DNA of 64,000 bases, taken from assembly GCA_002898015.1 (NCBI GenBank), contig BDTM01000128.1:138418-202417 (forward strand), written 5' to 3'. The first letter of the stretch is position 1; every line of letters starts with the position of its first letter. Position numbers and translations under genes: made by a program. Under the pieces are notes generated by a model. That model ran no database searches. It saw nothing but the letters and a program-made list of their open reading frames with translations, and had not been told where the DNA came from. This DNA comes from a bacterium BMS3Bbin03. Its GTDB lineage: Bacteria; Zhuqueibacterota; JdFR-76; BMS3Abin05. This document shows positions 48,021 to 58,357 of the stretch, piece after piece.

Positions 48021-48818
48021 ATGATAATCGATATTCACAGCCATATTCTTCCCGCTTATGATGACGGCGCAATCGATGAAGAAATAACCCGAAAAATGCT
48101 GCATCAGGCCTTTGAAGGCGGCACACGGGAAATGGTTTCAACGTCTCATGTGTTAAGCAATGCGGATTACGATCGACAGCCGGAAATCTTTGAGAAATTT
48201 GAAATTGTAAAAAAGATCGCATCAAATGAAGGCCTGGATATGAAATTCCATCTGGCTTCCGAAATTTACATGCACCCGGATACGGTCGTCGATCAAAAAG
48301 TGTCCACTTTTGACAATAATAAAAAGTACATGCTTGTGGAATTTTCGCTCAGAACCATACCGGAATTTGCACCGGAAATATTGTTTAACTGGGTCATGGT
48401 GGGGTACCGGCCCATTCTGGCTCATCCCGAGAGAAACCTGAAAATCTACGGTGCCCCTGTTTATGCGTATAAATTTGCTCAGATGGGTGTGCTTTTGCAA
48501 CTGAACGGAGGGAGCCTGTTCGGAATTTACGGGGACAGGGCAAAATCATTAGCCCATGAACTCATGGATCATGAGATGATTCATTTTATTGCCAGCGACG
48601 GGCACGATGTGGATTCCCGGCCTATCTATCTGGGGGACGTGTACGAGTATGTTTCCGAGCATTGGGGCGAAGCCCGGGCGGTCAAACTGATGGAGATCAA
48701 CCCTAAAAAAGCCATTCAGGCGGAAGAAATCGAAATTCAGGAACCGATTCCTTTTGAGGAAAAACTAAAAAGACCCAATAAAATTCGCGACCTTTTACAA
48801 AAAATCAGGATGAAATAA
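48021..48818 (+). CDS. CpsB/CapC-type PHP protein-tyrosine phosphatase
   Basis: IDIHSHILP..DDG, TSH, PILAHPERN, ASDGH. Confidence 0.88.
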   Translation: MIIDIHSHILPAYDDGAIDEEITRKMLHQAFEGGTREMVSTSHVLSNADYDRQPEIFEKFEIVKKIASNEGLDMKFHLASEIYMHPDTVVDQKVSTFDNNKKYMLVEFSLRTIPEFAPEILFNWVMVGYRPILAHPERNLKIYGAPVYAYKFAQMGVLLQLNGGSLFGIYGDRAKSLAHELMDHEMIHFIASDGHDVDSRPIYLGDVYEYVSEHWGEARAVKLMEINPKKAIQAEEIEIQEPIPFEEKLKRPNKIRDLLQKIRMK

Positions 48819-48821
48819 CGC

Positions 48822-49421
48822 ATGAACACCGATTTCGGGAACCGATTTGCAGGATTGATTCGTGACCAACTAAAGGCAAGCGCAGAAGTCAAATTGAAAA
48901 TTGCGGAAACCATTTTGCCCGATATTTTAGAAGCGGGACAGGAAATAACCCTTCGGCTGAAGGCGGGCGGCACACTGTTTTTTTGCGGAAACGGCGGCAG
49001 CGCCGCTGATTCCCAGCACCTGACGGCGGAATTGGTGAGCCGGCTGCGGATGGAACGGGCTGCTATTCCGGCCGTTGCACTCACCACGGACACGTCCATC
49101 CTGACGGCTATGGCGAACGATTACGATTACAGCCAAATCTTCTCCCGCCAGGTGGAAGCCCTGGGCAGAAAGGGGGATGTGCTTCTGGGGATCAGCACTT
49201 CCGGAAATGCCGCAAACGTGATTGAAGCCATGAAAGTCGCAAAGAGGACGGGCTTGTATCGGATCGGATTATTGGGAAAGAACGGCGGAAAACTGAAAGA
49301 CTTTGTGGATACGGCCGTGATCGTTCCCAGTTTTGACACGCAGCGCATTCAGGAAGGCCACATCACGATTGGCCATATTCTGTGTGATATCGTCGAACAG
49401 GTTCTCTTCGGTCAGGCCTGA
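48822..49421 (+). CDS. gmhA: Phosphoheptose isomerase (SIS domain)
   Basis: CGNGGSAADSQH, ANDY, ISTSGN, RIQEGH. Confidence 0.92.
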   Translation: MNTDFGNRFAGLIRDQLKASAEVKLKIAETILPDILEAGQEITLRLKAGGTLFFCGNGGSAADSQHLTAELVSRLRMERAAIPAVALTTDTSILTAMANDYDYSQIFSRQVEALGRKGDVLLGISTSGNAANVIEAMKVAKRTGLYRIGLLGKNGGKLKDFVDTAVIVPSFDTQRIQEGHITIGHILCDIVEQVLFGQA

Positions 49422-49422
49422 T

Positions 49423-50625
49423 ATGAGCACGCAATCACAGATGATTTCCGACAAAGTGCCCACCGGTTTTTTAGACAAACTGGGGATGTTTTTTCTCTAC
49501 TCGATGGCCTTTTTTATTCCATTTTCAATTGCGGGTGAAGAAATCAGCTACGGTCTTGCGGCTCTCATTTGGTTTATTGTGGGGTTTAAAAATCGAAAAT
49601 TACCCGTTTCCAAAACCCTTTTGGAAATTCCTTTGCTGGCGTTGGTAATCGTATTAATTGCGGCTTCCATTTTTTCGCTTCGGCCGGGTGAAAGTTTCTA
49701 TAATCTTCGAAAACTGTTTTTCATCCCGGCGATTTACATTCTTCCCGCCTTTATTCAAAGCAGAAAACGATTGTGGCAGATTGTGCATCTTATGCTGCTG
49801 ATGGCGTTTCTGACGGCTCTTTACGGGTTGGTAAAATATGCGGTTACAAATTTGGGAAAGGTGATTGCGGCGGAATCCACGACAATGACCTGGGGCGCGC
49901 TCTCCGTCTTTTTTGTCCTTTTTTGGGCTGGACTTCTTGTGGGAATTCCGAAGACCCGATGGAAAATCATTTATGGCGTCGGCGTTCTGGCGCAGGGGAT
50001 CGCCCAGGTTTTTTCCTACGTGCGCGGTTCCTATCTCGGGCTGTTAACCGGTTTGATTGTGTTTGGCTGGGTTCGCAGCAAGAAACTTATTTTGTTTTTT
50101 CTCGTTTTTTTAATTGGAATTTACTTTCTCTTTCCGGGATCCATCCAACGCCGCGTGGAGAGCATCACAAATCTGAAGGTTCACAGCACACAGGTCCGGC
50201 TGACCCAATGGCGGGATGCAGTCACGATTTTACGGCATTATCCGGTTCTGGGCGTGGGGTGGATTGATTTGGGATCCCTCCACCGGAAATTCGCGCCGCC
50301 GGGTGCCGATTTGAGTGACCCGGCTTACACGATTGGTCACTTCCACAACAATCTTGTGATGATGGCCATGGTTGGCGGTGTGTTTGGATTGGCGGCTTTC
50401 ATCTGGTTATTTATTCAAATTTTGGTGGTGCTTTACCAAAAGTATGCATCAATTCCGGAGGCAGAAAATTTTCTAAAATTGGTCGTGTTGATTGCCTTTG
50501 TGTCGGTCACCGGATTTCTGGTAAACGGGCTTTTCGATTGGCTTTTCGGAGATGAAGAGGTGTTCATCCTTTTGTTTTTTACAATCGGGCTGGGATTTAG
50601 CGCGTCCAAAATTTACCGGTCTTGA
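49423..50625 (+). CDS. O-antigen ligase (Wzy_C) family membrane protein
   Basis: Multiple TM helices; SYVRGSYLG, R...W..A......P.LGVG, HFHNN; in-frame ATG at 49423. Confidence 0.8.
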   Translation: MSTQSQMISDKVPTGFLDKLGMFFLYSMAFFIPFSIAGEEISYGLAALIWFIVGFKNRKLPVSKTLLEIPLLALVIVLIAASIFSLRPGESFYNLRKLFFIPAIYILPAFIQSRKRLWQIVHLMLLMAFLTALYGLVKYAVTNLGKVIAAESTTMTWGALSVFFVLFWAGLLVGIPKTRWKIIYGVGVLAQGIAQVFSYVRGSYLGLLTGLIVFGWVRSKKLILFFLVFLIGIYFLFPGSIQRRVESITNLKVHSTQVRLTQWRDAVTILRHYPVLGVGWIDLGSLHRKFAPPGADLSDPAYTIGHFHNNLVMMAMVGGVFGLAAFIWLFIQILVVLYQKYASIPEAENFLKLVVLIAFVSVTGFLVNGLFDWLFGDEEVFILLFFTIGLGFSASKIYRS

Positions 50626-50739
50626 TGAAACCGTCCGAACACCGGGGAGACACGCTGCACAAAGAGAGAAAATCGTTTAATCCCCCGGCGTGATTGTCAA
50701 AAACAGCGGCCCGGAATTTTAATTTTTTGAGACAAATAA

Positions 50740-52842
50740 ATGTTCGGTTTTTTAAATAGCGCAATTTTGGTCGGCCTTCTGGCTGTGGCGCTTCCTTTTT
50801 TGATTCATCTGCTGAATCGCCAGAAAGCAAAAAAAGTTAATTTCAGCTCGCTGGTGTTTTTGAAGAAACTCCAGCACAAAAAAATGCGGCGGGTGAAGTT
50901 CAAACAATGGCTTTTACTCATTCTTCGCGCGCTGATTATCGCCTCGCTGGTCATGGCGTTTGCACGCCCAACGATTAAAACGCAATCGTTTCTGCTGAAA
51001 GGGTCGAATATCCGGACGTCGGCCGTCATTATTTTAGACAATTCCATGAGCATGGGCGTGGAAACGGAGAGAGGCCAATTGTTCGGGCTTGCCCGGAAGG
51101 CGGCTTTGGATGTGGTGCAAAATCTGCGGAACGGAGACGAAATTGTGCTCCTCTTTCCGACGCAAAACCGCCCCGTTCGTTTTGTGAAGAGCCTGTATTC
51201 GATTTCAAAAGTAAAGGAAATTCTGGAGAAGGAACCGTTAACCTACGAGACGGGACATCTTGCCGAAACCATTCGTGAAGGCGCGGATTTGCTCCGGAAG
51301 GCCATTAATCCCAACAAAGAGCTTTATATTATTTCGGATTTTCAGCGTTCGAATTTCCCCAAGCATCTGAATCTTTTGGTGGGAAGTCCGGAAATTCGCA
51401 CGTACATTTTCTTTCTTAAATCGTCGCGGCAATCGAACATCGGTCTGACCGGCGTGAAGCTGCTGGATCAAATTATCGAGCCCAAACGTCCCGTAAAAAT
51501 TCAGGCGGGTGTGAAGAATTACGGAAATGACCGGGTCCCCGATTTACTCGTGCAGGCCTTTCTTCAGGGAAAACGTGTGGCGCAAAGCACCGTCTCACTC
51601 GATCCCAAAACCACCCGGACGGCCGCTTTCTGGGTAACACCGGAGACGAACCAATTTCAGGAAGGCAGCGTTGAGATCGAGGATGATCCGCTTTTGGAAG
51701 ACAACCGGGCGTATTTCACATTTTTTGTTCCGGATAAAGTGAATGTGCTGTTAATCGGGCCTTTAAAGCAGACGCGGTTTGTGAAATTGGCGCTCTTGCC
51801 GCAGAAGGGAAGTGAAACACAATTTCAGATTACCGAAACCGCAAATTGGAATCCGGCACGCGTGTCACTGGACGGCCGGCAGGTGGTGGTACTGATCGAT
51901 CCCCAGCCCTTTCAGACGGTACAGATCGACCGTCTCCGCCGGTACATCGAAAACGGCGGGCGGGTTGTGCTCATTCCGGGCGGGTCGATGGATTTAAAAT
52001 CGTACAACGAGATCCTGCTTTCACCGTTAAAATTGCCCATTTTCAGAGAGGCGATCGGGAAGCCGGGGCAAACGCATTCGTACATGACCTGGGGCAGCAT
52101 CGATTTCAAACACCCGATTTTTCAGGGAATGTTTCGCGAAAAGAGGCCGGAGATTGATTCGCCCCGCTTTTATCTGGCGTTGAAAACGGATGTGATGAAA
52201 AATAGTGAAGAGATCATTCAATATCGCGACGGGTCTCCGTTTTTACTGGATGTTTCCCTGGGCAAAGGACACGTCTTTCTTTTTACAAGCGGCGTTGATC
52301 CCGATTGGTCCGATTGGGCGCTCAAACCCATTTTTGCGCCGTTAATGTACCGTACGATTAGCTATCTTTCATCGATGGGGAATCTTCAGGAAACGCCCAA
52401 AAAAGTGGGTCAGCCCATCGAATTCAGCGTGAGTGAAAGCAATGAACGGCTGGTCATGGTTAAACCGGACGGACAGGAAATCGATTTGAAGCCGGCTTTT
52501 CGCGGAAAAAACGGTTTTATTCAATTCAAAGAAACAGGCGAACCGGGCATTTACACATTTTACGTGGGGCGGAAAAAAAAGAAGACCTGGGCGGTTAACA
52601 TCAATCCCGTGGAATCCAATTTGGAACAGCTTGATATTCGGGAAGTTAAAAAAATATTGGGAAACAATGTGTGGGAATTGTCGCTGAACGAAAATTTTGC
52701 CCAAAAAATTAAGGAATCCCGGTTCGGCAGGGAACTTACGCCGTACTTTTTATATTTAGCCCTGGTGCTGCTTTTTTTCGAAGTCATTTTGGCTCGAACG
52801 AAAAAAGAAAGAGTTATTCAATCAAAGGAGGGAACGACTTAA
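50740..52842 (+). CDS. BatA-domain/vWA membrane-anchored protein
   Basis: FLN...LL...PFLIHLL N-terminal double-TM; MIDAS DNSMSM and ISDFQ; C-terminal TM. Confidence 0.82.
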   Translation: MFGFLNSAILVGLLAVALPFLIHLLNRQKAKKVNFSSLVFLKKLQHKKMRRVKFKQWLLLILRALIIASLVMAFARPTIKTQSFLLKGSNIRTSAVIILDNSMSMGVETERGQLFGLARKAALDVVQNLRNGDEIVLLFPTQNRPVRFVKSLYSISKVKEILEKEPLTYETGHLAETIREGADLLRKAINPNKELYIISDFQRSNFPKHLNLLVGSPEIRTYIFFLKSSRQSNIGLTGVKLLDQIIEPKRPVKIQAGVKNYGNDRVPDLLVQAFLQGKRVAQSTVSLDPKTTRTAAFWVTPETNQFQEGSVEIEDDPLLEDNRAYFTFFVPDKVNVLLIGPLKQTRFVKLALLPQKGSETQFQITETANWNPARVSLDGRQVVVLIDPQPFQTVQIDRLRRYIENGGRVVLIPGGSMDLKSYNEILLSPLKLPIFREAIGKPGQTHSYMTWGSIDFKHPIFQGMFREKRPEIDSPRFYLALKTDVMKNSEEIIQYRDGSPFLLDVSLGKGHVFLFTSGVDPDWSDWALKPIFAPLMYRTISYLSSMGNLQETPKKVGQPIEFSVSESNERLVMVKPDGQEIDLKPAFRGKNGFIQFKETGEPGIYTFYVGRKKKKTWAVNINPVESNLEQLDIREVKKILGNNVWELSLNENFAQKIKESRFGRELTPYFLYLALVLLFFEVILARTKKERVIQSKEGTT

Positions 52843-52849
52843 TTCATTT

Positions 52850-54163
52850 ATGAAAGTGATGTATTCAATCCGGCATGAAACGCAGAAATTGAGCGAAAGG
52901 GCCGTTCTCGTTGGCACACGAACGCCTTTTCAGTTGCGCTGGGAGGTAGAAGATTACCTGGATGAATTGGAGCTGTTAGCCGACACGGCAGGCGCAGATG
53001 TGGTGGGACGCGTAATTCAAGACCGTCGCCGCCCCGATCCTGCATTTTTCATCGGCAAAGGGAAAGCCGATCTGCTGTCCGGTCTGGTCTCTCAGTTAGA
53101 TGCGAATCTGGCCATTTTCGACGATGATTTGTCGCCTGCCCAAATTCGAAATCTGGAAAATTCAACGCATGTAAAAATTCTGGACCGCAGCGCACTGATC
53201 CTGGACATTTTTGCCGGACGCGCGAAAACAAAAGAAGCCCGGACGCAGGTGGAGCTGGCGCAATTGCAGTATTTGCTTCCCCGGCTGACCCGGCGCTGGA
53301 CGCACCTTTCGCGGCAGGAGGGGGGCATCGGAACCCGCGGCCCCGGTGAAACCCAGTTGGAAACCGACCGGCGAATGCTTAAAAAGCGTATCAAAACACT
53401 GATGGACGAATTGGAAAAAATCGAAAATCAGCGGAAGACGCGCCGGAAAGGCCGGAAAGGCATCTTCAAGGTCGCACTGGTCGGGTACACCAACACCGGA
53501 AAGTCCACGCTGCTGAATATCCTTTCTGGGGCACATGCCGCGGTTGAAAACCGGCTTTTTGTCACACTGGATCCGATAGTCAGAATGCTTCGGCTCAACG
53601 CAGGGCAAAAATTGCTGCTCATTGACACAGTCGGTTTTATCCGCAAGCTTCCGCACAATCTGGTGGCTTCCTTCAAAAGTACGCTGGAAGAGACGACTTC
53701 GGCGGATATGCTGCTGCATGTGGTGGACATTAGCCATCCGCATTTCAAAGAACAGATCGCCACGGTGCGAAGCGTGTTTCAGGAATTGGAAATCGGCCGG
53801 AAGCCGACGCTTTTTGTGTTCAATAAAGTGGATCTTCTGGAAGATCAGAAACGCATTGGGTATGTGAAAAGGCATTTTCCCCAAAGCGTCACCATCTCGG
53901 CCAAAAAGGGCATATTTTTGGAGGATTTACGCCAAAAGCTCCTGACTTTTATTGAAGGGCAATTTCTGGAAGCCGATATTTCCGTCGATCCGCAAAATCA
54001 CGACATGATTTCAGCGATTTACCGGGAAATGGTGGTTCTGGGGAGCAACTTTGAAAACGGTGATCTGATCCTGCATGTGCGGACCCAACCCGGACAAATC
54101 GAATCCATTCGGCAGCGCAGCCGGGGACAGAAAACCGTTAATTTGCAGAGTATCGGAATTTAA
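52850..54163 (+). CDS. hflX: GTPase HflX
   Basis: QVELAQLQYLLPRL, GPGETQLETDRR, GYTNTGKST, DTVGFI, NKVD. Confidence 0.96.
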   Translation: MKVMYSIRHETQKLSERAVLVGTRTPFQLRWEVEDYLDELELLADTAGADVVGRVIQDRRRPDPAFFIGKGKADLLSGLVSQLDANLAIFDDDLSPAQIRNLENSTHVKILDRSALILDIFAGRAKTKEARTQVELAQLQYLLPRLTRRWTHLSRQEGGIGTRGPGETQLETDRRMLKKRIKTLMDELEKIENQRKTRRKGRKGIFKVALVGYTNTGKSTLLNILSGAHAAVENRLFVTLDPIVRMLRLNAGQKLLLIDTVGFIRKLPHNLVASFKSTLEETTSADMLLHVVDISHPHFKEQIATVRSVFQELEIGRKPTLFVFNKVDLLEDQKRIGYVKRHFPQSVTISAKKGIFLEDLRQKLLTFIEGQFLEADISVDPQNHDMISAIYREMVVLGSNFENGDLILHVRTQPGQIESIRQRSRGQKTVNLQSIGI

Positions 54164-54204
54164 TCTGAATCGTTCAAGACCCTAATCAAAAAAAGGAAGA
54201 CTAA

Positions 54205-55404
54205 ATGGCCACGGATCTAAAGAGAAAGATTGAAGCGTTCAGTCAGGAATTATCGCCGAAATTGGTTGAAATTCGCAGACATATTCACAGGAATCCGGAG
54301 CTTTCGTACCGGGAGTATGAAACAATGGCATACATCTCGAAAATCCTGTCGGAGCACCATATTCCCTATAAAAAAGGCGTGGCGGACACCGGCGTGGTGG
54401 CGCTGATCGAAGGCGAACCCGGGGGCAAGGTCGTCGCCATCCGGGCGGACATCGACGCGCTGCCGATTGAAGAAAAAAATGATGTGTCGTACAAATCCAA
54501 AAATCCCGGGGTGATGCACGCCTGCGGGCACGATTTACACGCGACGGTGGCTCTGGGAGCGGCGATTAATCTGAATCATTTTAAAAAAAGCTTCAAAGGA
54601 ACCGTGAAAATTATTTTCCAGCCCGGTGAAGAAAAGAATCCGGGCGGCGCATCGCTCATGGTCAAAGCCGGCGTTCTGGAAAATCCAAAAGTGGACATGA
54701 TTTTCGGCCTTCACAGCGACTCGCGTTTTCAGGTCGGGGAAATCGGCTACCGCTACGGCGCCGCAATGGCCGAACCGGATGAAATCGCCATTAAAATTAA
54801 AGGAAAAGGCGGGCACGGTGCGGCTCCCCATTTGACGGTGGATCCGGTCGTGATCGCCGCCGAAGTGATTCTTGCGCTGCAAAAAATTGCAAGCCGAATG
54901 ATTGATCCGACTGAAAATATCGTGGTTACCATCGGCAAGATTGAAGGCGGGCAAACCACAAATGTGATTCCCGACGAGGTGAACATGCTGGGCACGGTTC
55001 GAACACTGAATCCGGAACTCACGCCGAAGATTCCGGGAATGATCGAACAAATTTTAAAGGGCATTACGAGTGCTTACGGCGGCGATTATGAATTGAATTA
55101 CGATTTTGGGTATCCGGTGGTCATGAATGACGATCAGGCCAATGATATTTTAATCGAAGCAGGCAAAGAATTTCTCGGGTCCGAAAACGTGAAGGAAATT
55201 CCCATGCCCAGCATGGGCGGTGAAGATTTTTCCTTCTATTTGCAAAAAGTAAAAGGCACCTTTTATCGGTTGGGTACCGCAAATCCGGAGAAAGGAACGA
55301 CCGGGTACTGGCACAGTTCACATTATGATATTAACGAAGATGCCCTGCCGGTTGGGGCCGGGTTTATGGCCTATCTTGCTTTAAAAGCGCTTGAAAAATT
55401 ATAG
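54205..55404 (+). CDS. M20D-family amidohydrolase
   Basis: RRHIHRNPEL, RADIDALP, MHACGHD, FQPGEE, GGEDF. Confidence 0.92.
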   Translation: MATDLKRKIEAFSQELSPKLVEIRRHIHRNPELSYREYETMAYISKILSEHHIPYKKGVADTGVVALIEGEPGGKVVAIRADIDALPIEEKNDVSYKSKNPGVMHACGHDLHATVALGAAINLNHFKKSFKGTVKIIFQPGEEKNPGGASLMVKAGVLENPKVDMIFGLHSDSRFQVGEIGYRYGAAMAEPDEIAIKIKGKGGHGAAPHLTVDPVVIAAEVILALQKIASRMIDPTENIVVTIGKIEGGQTTNVIPDEVNMLGTVRTLNPELTPKIPGMIEQILKGITSAYGGDYELNYDFGYPVVMNDDQANDILIEAGKEFLGSENVKEIPMPSMGGEDFSFYLQKVKGTFYRLGTANPEKGTTGYWHSSHYDINEDALPVGAGFMAYLALKALEKL

Positions 55405-55413
55405 GGATTTGGG

Positions 55414-57117
55414 ATGAAAAACTACCTCCCGTGGGGCGGCATTCTGGTTTTACTGACCGGTTTAATCTTTTGGACGGGAAGCGAACCTCAGGCTTTCGCA
55501 GAAACACCGCAGTTTATTCAGGGAACCAATCCGAAATACGAAGTGGGCGATTGGATTAGCTACACCGACACGCAGTACATGAACTCTATTGCGATTGGCA
55601 ATCGTTATGTTTATTTTGCAACGACGGGCGGTATCGCCCGCTACGATTTTTACGGAAACCGCTGGGCACGGCCTTTTACCTTAAGCGACGGGCTCCCGGA
55701 TAATGATATCCTCACGGTGGCATTTGATTTTGAAAGCGGTTCCGTCTATTGTGCCGGCGCTCTGGCGCTCAGTGTGCGCGATCCGGCGTCCAAACGGTGG
55801 ACAAATTACAGTTACCGGGAGATTGGGGTCGGCAGACAGCGGGTGCATTCAATCGGCTTTGACAATGAGTACGTGTATCTGGTGACGACCGGAAATGCGG
55901 CTTACCGGGGACGTCGAAACAGCACACGTTTTGAGTCGATTGCCCTGAACCGGCTCATGCATGCATCGGCAGATTCCATCGCCTGGTTTGGACGGCTGGG
56001 CTACAAGAGGCTGTCCCTGCCCAATTTTCTGATGAATTCCTCCCTTCTGTTTTTTCCGGATGATGCCCGTCCCTATTTTCAGGATGTAAATGACCGGGAT
56101 TTTGAAGTGAAATATTACGTGGAAGATCCCTGGCAATTTCTCTGGCTCGGGACCTGGGGTTTGGGCGGCGCAAAGGCGAACATGCGTACAAATTTTCTGG
56201 AGATGATTCCCTTCGGATTGATTGAGAAGGATGTGAACGCCATTGCGACCAATGGAGATGAAATGTGGCTGGGCGGCATCAACTATGGCGCTCCCATTCA
56301 CGGCATCACCCGCTGGAATCGAAAAACAGGGGATTGGGTGTATTATGAAGCCCGTTATATTATGGGGCTTCGCTCGGACGACGTCACGTCGATTGCGCCG
56401 GATGGCCGCTATGTCTGGTTTGGGACATTGGACGGGTTATCTCTGCTGGACAGGCAAAAAAATGACTGGGTCAGTTTTACAATCCTTAACGGGTTGGCTG
56501 ATAATCATGTGTACGATGTGGTGGTGGATTCGGATTTTATCTGGGTGGCGACAGAAGAGGGTCTGGATCGTGTGGATAAAGCATTGGCCGCCCGCGACAC
56601 GCTTTCCGTGAAACACATCACGCGGCCCCGTGACAAAGTGCCTGTGTATGATATCGAAATGGACAGTAATTTGGTCTGGGCAGCCACGGGTTACGGCGTG
56701 TACGTGTATAACCGGACGAATCAAAAAGGCGGTTATTATTCCGGTGCAAACGGACCGGGTACGGCTTCGGTTTTCGGGGTTTCGGTCTCCGGGAATGAAG
56801 TGTGGTTCGCCACCCGCTACGGTGTGGAAGCCTACAACAAATCGGAAAAAAAGTGGATGGGGCCGCCGGCCCGGCATCTTGTTCCGGATTTAAAGGCGTT
56901 CGCAATTCGGGCTACCCCAAAGGCGGTTTGGCTTGGAACCACAAACGGCGTTTACAAATATGACAGGCGGCGCGATTTCTGGCGAAAGTTCAGCCAAATC
57001 GACGGTCTTTTGGATCCAAGGGTGCAGGACATTTTGCCGGATGGAAATTACATCTGGTTCGGCACGCGGGAAGGGCTCACGCGTTTTTACTGGAATGCGC
57101 CTTATCGCATTGATTAA
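55414..57117 (+). CDS. Secreted beta-propeller repeat protein
   Basis: Signal peptide; repeated WFGT.DGL / W.AT..G / DGL.D..V..I blades. Confidence 0.75.
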   Translation: MKNYLPWGGILVLLTGLIFWTGSEPQAFAETPQFIQGTNPKYEVGDWISYTDTQYMNSIAIGNRYVYFATTGGIARYDFYGNRWARPFTLSDGLPDNDILTVAFDFESGSVYCAGALALSVRDPASKRWTNYSYREIGVGRQRVHSIGFDNEYVYLVTTGNAAYRGRRNSTRFESIALNRLMHASADSIAWFGRLGYKRLSLPNFLMNSSLLFFPDDARPYFQDVNDRDFEVKYYVEDPWQFLWLGTWGLGGAKANMRTNFLEMIPFGLIEKDVNAIATNGDEMWLGGINYGAPIHGITRWNRKTGDWVYYEARYIMGLRSDDVTSIAPDGRYVWFGTLDGLSLLDRQKNDWVSFTILNGLADNHVYDVVVDSDFIWVATEEGLDRVDKALAARDTLSVKHITRPRDKVPVYDIEMDSNLVWAATGYGVYVYNRTNQKGGYYSGANGPGTASVFGVSVSGNEVWFATRYGVEAYNKSEKKWMGPPARHLVPDLKAFAIRATPKAVWLGTTNGVYKYDRRRDFWRKFSQIDGLLDPRVQDILPDGNYIWFGTREGLTRFYWNAPYRID

Positions 57118-57147
57118 TTTGTCGATTTCAACCTTAAAAAAGGAGCA

Positions 57148-58344
57148 GTGATCACGGCAGGCAAAAAGGGACAGCATTTTCATACGGCTACAACGGAAGA
57201 GATAAAATCCGGGCAGGTGGTCGATGTTTACTTTTCCAGAACAAAGGCAATTCTGGAAGCAGAGAGGAAAGACAGGCATGTTGTGGCGGAGTTTGTGGTG
57301 AAGCGCTTTCCGGAGGGCCGTTCCTGGGGGGTTCTGGCCGGATTGGAAGAAGGGGTCTATCTGCTCCGGGATTTGAACATCAAAGTCTGGGCGATGGATG
57401 AAGGCACAATTTTTCATGAGAATGAACCGGTTTTGGTCATCGAGGGCAATTACCTTGATTTTGGTGTTTACGAAACGGCCATTCTGGGGTTGTTGTGTCA
57501 GGCTTCGGGTGTGGCCACAAAAGCGGCACGCTGTAAAAAGGCCGCCGGCGATAAAATTGTGCTGAGTTTCGGTGCGAGAAGAATGCACCCCGTGCTGGCA
57601 CCAATGATCGAGCGGAATGCCTACATCGGCGGTTGTGACGGTGTGGCTGTGATTAAAAGCGCCGAGCTGCTGGGAATTCAGCCTGCCGGAACGATTCCGC
57701 ATACCCTCGTTTTGATTCTGGGCGATACGGTGGAGGCGGTGAAGGCCTTTGACCGGGTGATCGATCCGAAAATTGGCCGTGTGGCGTTGATTGACACCTT
57801 TAATGATGAAAAATTTGAAGCCATCCATGTGGCAGAGGCGATGGGGAGAAAATTGTACGGGATTCGCCTGGATACGCCCGGTTCGCGGCGGGGGAATTTT
57901 CTGAGCATTTTGAAAGAAGTACGCTGGGAGCTGGATTTGCGGGGCTACAAAGATGTGAAAATTTTTGTCTCCGGCGGAATCGATGAAAATAAGATCCCCG
58001 AATTGAATAGCGTGGTGGATGCTTATGGAATTGGGACCTCGATCAGCAGCGCCTCTGTGCTCGATTTTGCGATGGACATTGTGGAAATAGAAGGAGAACC
58101 CATTGCCAAGCGGGGGAAACCTTCGGGCCGAAAAGAAGTGTACCAATGCCCGAAATGCCGTGCGACGGTCATTGTGCCTTATGGCCGCAGGCCGGAGCCT
58201 GTTTGTGAGTGCGGGGCATCCTACAGGAATCTGTTGAAACCGATACTGGATCACAAAAAACTGCTCGTGGATTTGCCCGATCACAAAGATATCCGGGCCT
58301 ACGTGCTGGAACAGTTGGGATTTGTGGAATTAGCCCCAATTTAG
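57148..58344 (+). CDS. pncB: Nicotinate phosphoribosyltransferase with C-terminal zinc ribbon
   Basis: DVYF, SFGARR, GTIPH, LIDTF, RLDT, SGGI, KRGK; CPKC...CECG. Confidence 0.88.
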   Translation: MITAGKKGQHFHTATTEEIKSGQVVDVYFSRTKAILEAERKDRHVVAEFVVKRFPEGRSWGVLAGLEEGVYLLRDLNIKVWAMDEGTIFHENEPVLVIEGNYLDFGVYETAILGLLCQASGVATKAARCKKAAGDKIVLSFGARRMHPVLAPMIERNAYIGGCDGVAVIKSAELLGIQPAGTIPHTLVLILGDTVEAVKAFDRVIDPKIGRVALIDTFNDEKFEAIHVAEAMGRKLYGIRLDTPGSRRGNFLSILKEVRWELDLRGYKDVKIFVSGGIDENKIPELNSVVDAYGIGTSISSASVLDFAMDIVEIEGEPIAKRGKPSGRKEVYQCPKCRATVIVPYGRRPEPVCECGASYRNLLKPILDHKKLLVDLPDHKDIRAYVLEQLGFVELAPI

Positions 58345-58357
58345 GAGAATCCAACCG

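Noticed and set aside
49333-49422. N-terminal extension of the ligase-family ORF overlapping gmhA
   Set aside because: An in-frame ATG at 49423, right after the gmhA stop, is more plausible; similar over-extended starts were trimmed for hicB, the PorV-like gene, icd, ssb and the dksA-like gene
56890-58284. 464-aa minus-strand ORF and other long antisense ORFs (e.g. 44389..45216, 53162..53884, 37961..38662)
   Set aside because: They lie antisense to well-conserved genes and show no recognisable motifs; shadow ORFs
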